Source of the DNA: Verrucomicrobiota bacterium
Lineage (GTDB): Bacteria > Verrucomicrobiota > Verrucomicrobiia > Limisphaerales > Palsa-1400
Assembly: GCA_050015895.1 (NCBI GenBank)
Contig: JBEKAN010000002.1
Coordinates: 1-39,792 of the forward strand
Length of the DNA: 39,792 nt
Reading direction: 5' to 3'
A program made the position numbers and the translations under genes. Position 1 is the stretch's first letter. Every line of letters starts with the position of its first letter. Under the pieces are notes generated by a model that was not told the DNA's origin, did not search any database, and was given only the letters and a program-made list of their open reading frames with translations. Of this stretch, positions 38,999-39,792 are shown one piece after another.

Positions 38999-39792
38999 TC
39001 AAAGAGCGGCCAGCGCGCTTTTCAACGCGGCGACGACATCGGCCGCCTGTCCCGCACTGAAATGCGCCCCGATGGGCAGGCTCAAGAGCGTGTTGGCGAT
39101 CTTGTCGGCAATGGGGAGGTTCCAGACTTCGGAGTTCGGAGCTCGGAGGGATGAGTAAGCCCCGGAGCGATGCGGCGGGACGGGATAGTGGATGAGGGTG
39201 CTGATGCCCGCCTCGGTCAATTTCTGTTGCAAGGCGTCGCGCCGCGGATGGCGAATGACAAACAGGTGCCAGACGGGGCTGGCCCACTCAGGAACAAAAG
39301 GAAGTGTCAGAGCGGAGGTCGGAGGACAGAGGTCGGAGGACAGAGGTTGGAGCGCGCCGAGATAAGCCGCTGCTATTTTGCAACGGCGTTCGTTCCATTC
39401 ATCCAAGTGTCGGAGTTTGACCCGAAGGAGGGCGGCCTGTAATTCGTCCAGGCGGGAGTTGTAGCCAATCGTCTCGTTGTAATAACGTTTTTTTGAACCG
39501 TAGTTGCGCAGGGTTTTCACGCGGTCAGCCAGTTCCGCATCGTCCGTCGTGACGGCGCCAGCGTCGCCGAAAGCGCCAAGATTTTTGGTCGGATAAAAGC
39601 TGTGGCCTGCGGCATGGCCAAGCGAGCCACTGCGGCGGCCCTTGTAACGGGCCCCCTGCGCCTGCGCCGCGTCCTCCAGGACTCTCAATCCATGGTTCTT
39701 CGCCAGAGCCATGATGGGGTCCATGTCCGCCGTCTGGCCGTAGAGGTGTACCGGCAGGATCGCCTTCGTGCTGGTCGTGATTGCCTCCTCAA
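38999..39792 (-). CDS. DegT/DnrJ/EryC1/StrS-family sugar aminotransferase, 3' part (the gene starts beyond the window end)
   Basis: The frame stays open to the window edge ([84 protein letters not shown]; the PLP-lysine context is YPTKNLG). Confidence 0.9.
   Translation of the reverse strand, partial: EEAITTSTKAILPVHLYGQTADMDPIMALAKNHGLRVLEDAAQAQGARYKGRRSGSLGHAAGHSFYPTKNLGAFGDAGAVTTDDAELADRVKTLRNYGSKKRYYNETIGYNSRLDELQAALLRVKLRHLDEWNERRCKIAAAYLGALQPLSSDLCPPTSALTLPFVPEWASPVWHLFVIRHPRRDALQQKLTEAGISTLIHYPVPPHRSGAYSSLRAPNSEVWNLPIADKIANTLLSLPIGAHFSAGQAADVVAALKSALAAL
39317..39352. repeat. 14-nt direct tandem repeat GGTCGGAGGACAGA x2 plus a partial third copy, inside the aminotransferase gene
   Basis: The 14-mers at 39317-39330 and 39331-39344 are identical, followed by ggttggag. 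On the coding strand this encodes [13 protein letters not shown]. Confidence 0.8.

Noticed and set aside
1-39792. Scan for tRNA, rRNA, riboswitch-like leaders, transposases, integrases and defence-system genes.
   Set aside because: I recognised none by eye. The only GGTTCGA-like T-loop string (about 20786-20792) lies inside the GH53 coding sequence (AEVGFE) with no cloverleaf context.

Overview
High-GC (about 60-65% by eye) bacterial chromosomal window with many TTG/GTG starts and weak Shine-Dalgarno usage. My low-confidence guess is Verrucomicrobiota or Planctomycetota. It has three blocks. (1) Bases 1-18115, plus strand: an uninterrupted head-to-tail array of eight paralogous genes (the first truncated by the window edge). 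Each fuses a polytopic membrane domain to a tetratricopeptide-repeat (TPR) block and a strongly conserved roughly 110-aa C-terminal module. Two genes carry an unassigned 12-TM domain (type A). Five carry a TMTC/DUF1736-like GT-C (protein O-mannosyltransferase-like) domain (type B) in two subtypes that alternate along the array. The paralogues are joined by 4-nt stop/start overlaps or very short conserved junctions, show mosaic near-identical DNA tracts consistent with gene conversion, and all type-B copies carry the same AT-rich heptanucleotide-repeat insert at the same loop position. This array is the most unusual thing in the window. (2) Bases 18144-21566: a small plant-galactan utilisation locus (GH27 alpha-galactosidase translationally coupled to an ABM-fold protein, divergent from a GH53 endo-beta-1,4-galactanase with a near-consensus sigma-70 promoter and a 9-bp inverted repeat), followed by a roughly 0.6-kb low-GC islet encoding an orphan Imm26-like immunity-type protein. 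(3) Bases 21791-39792, minus strand: a tightly packed Wzx/Wzy-type glycan (O-antigen/EPS-like) biosynthesis operon. It contains a DegT aminotransferase (partial), flippase, GT2, two methyltransferases, two GT4, a Wzy-like polymerase, an embedded LhgO-like FAD oxidase, a GT11-like transferase, WcaF-like and NeuD-like acetyltransferases, GT9 and a CgeB-like GT, and ends in a secreted double beta-helix protein. I found no rRNA, tRNA, CRISPR array, transposase or integrase. All family assignments come from motif recognition by eye. No searches were run.
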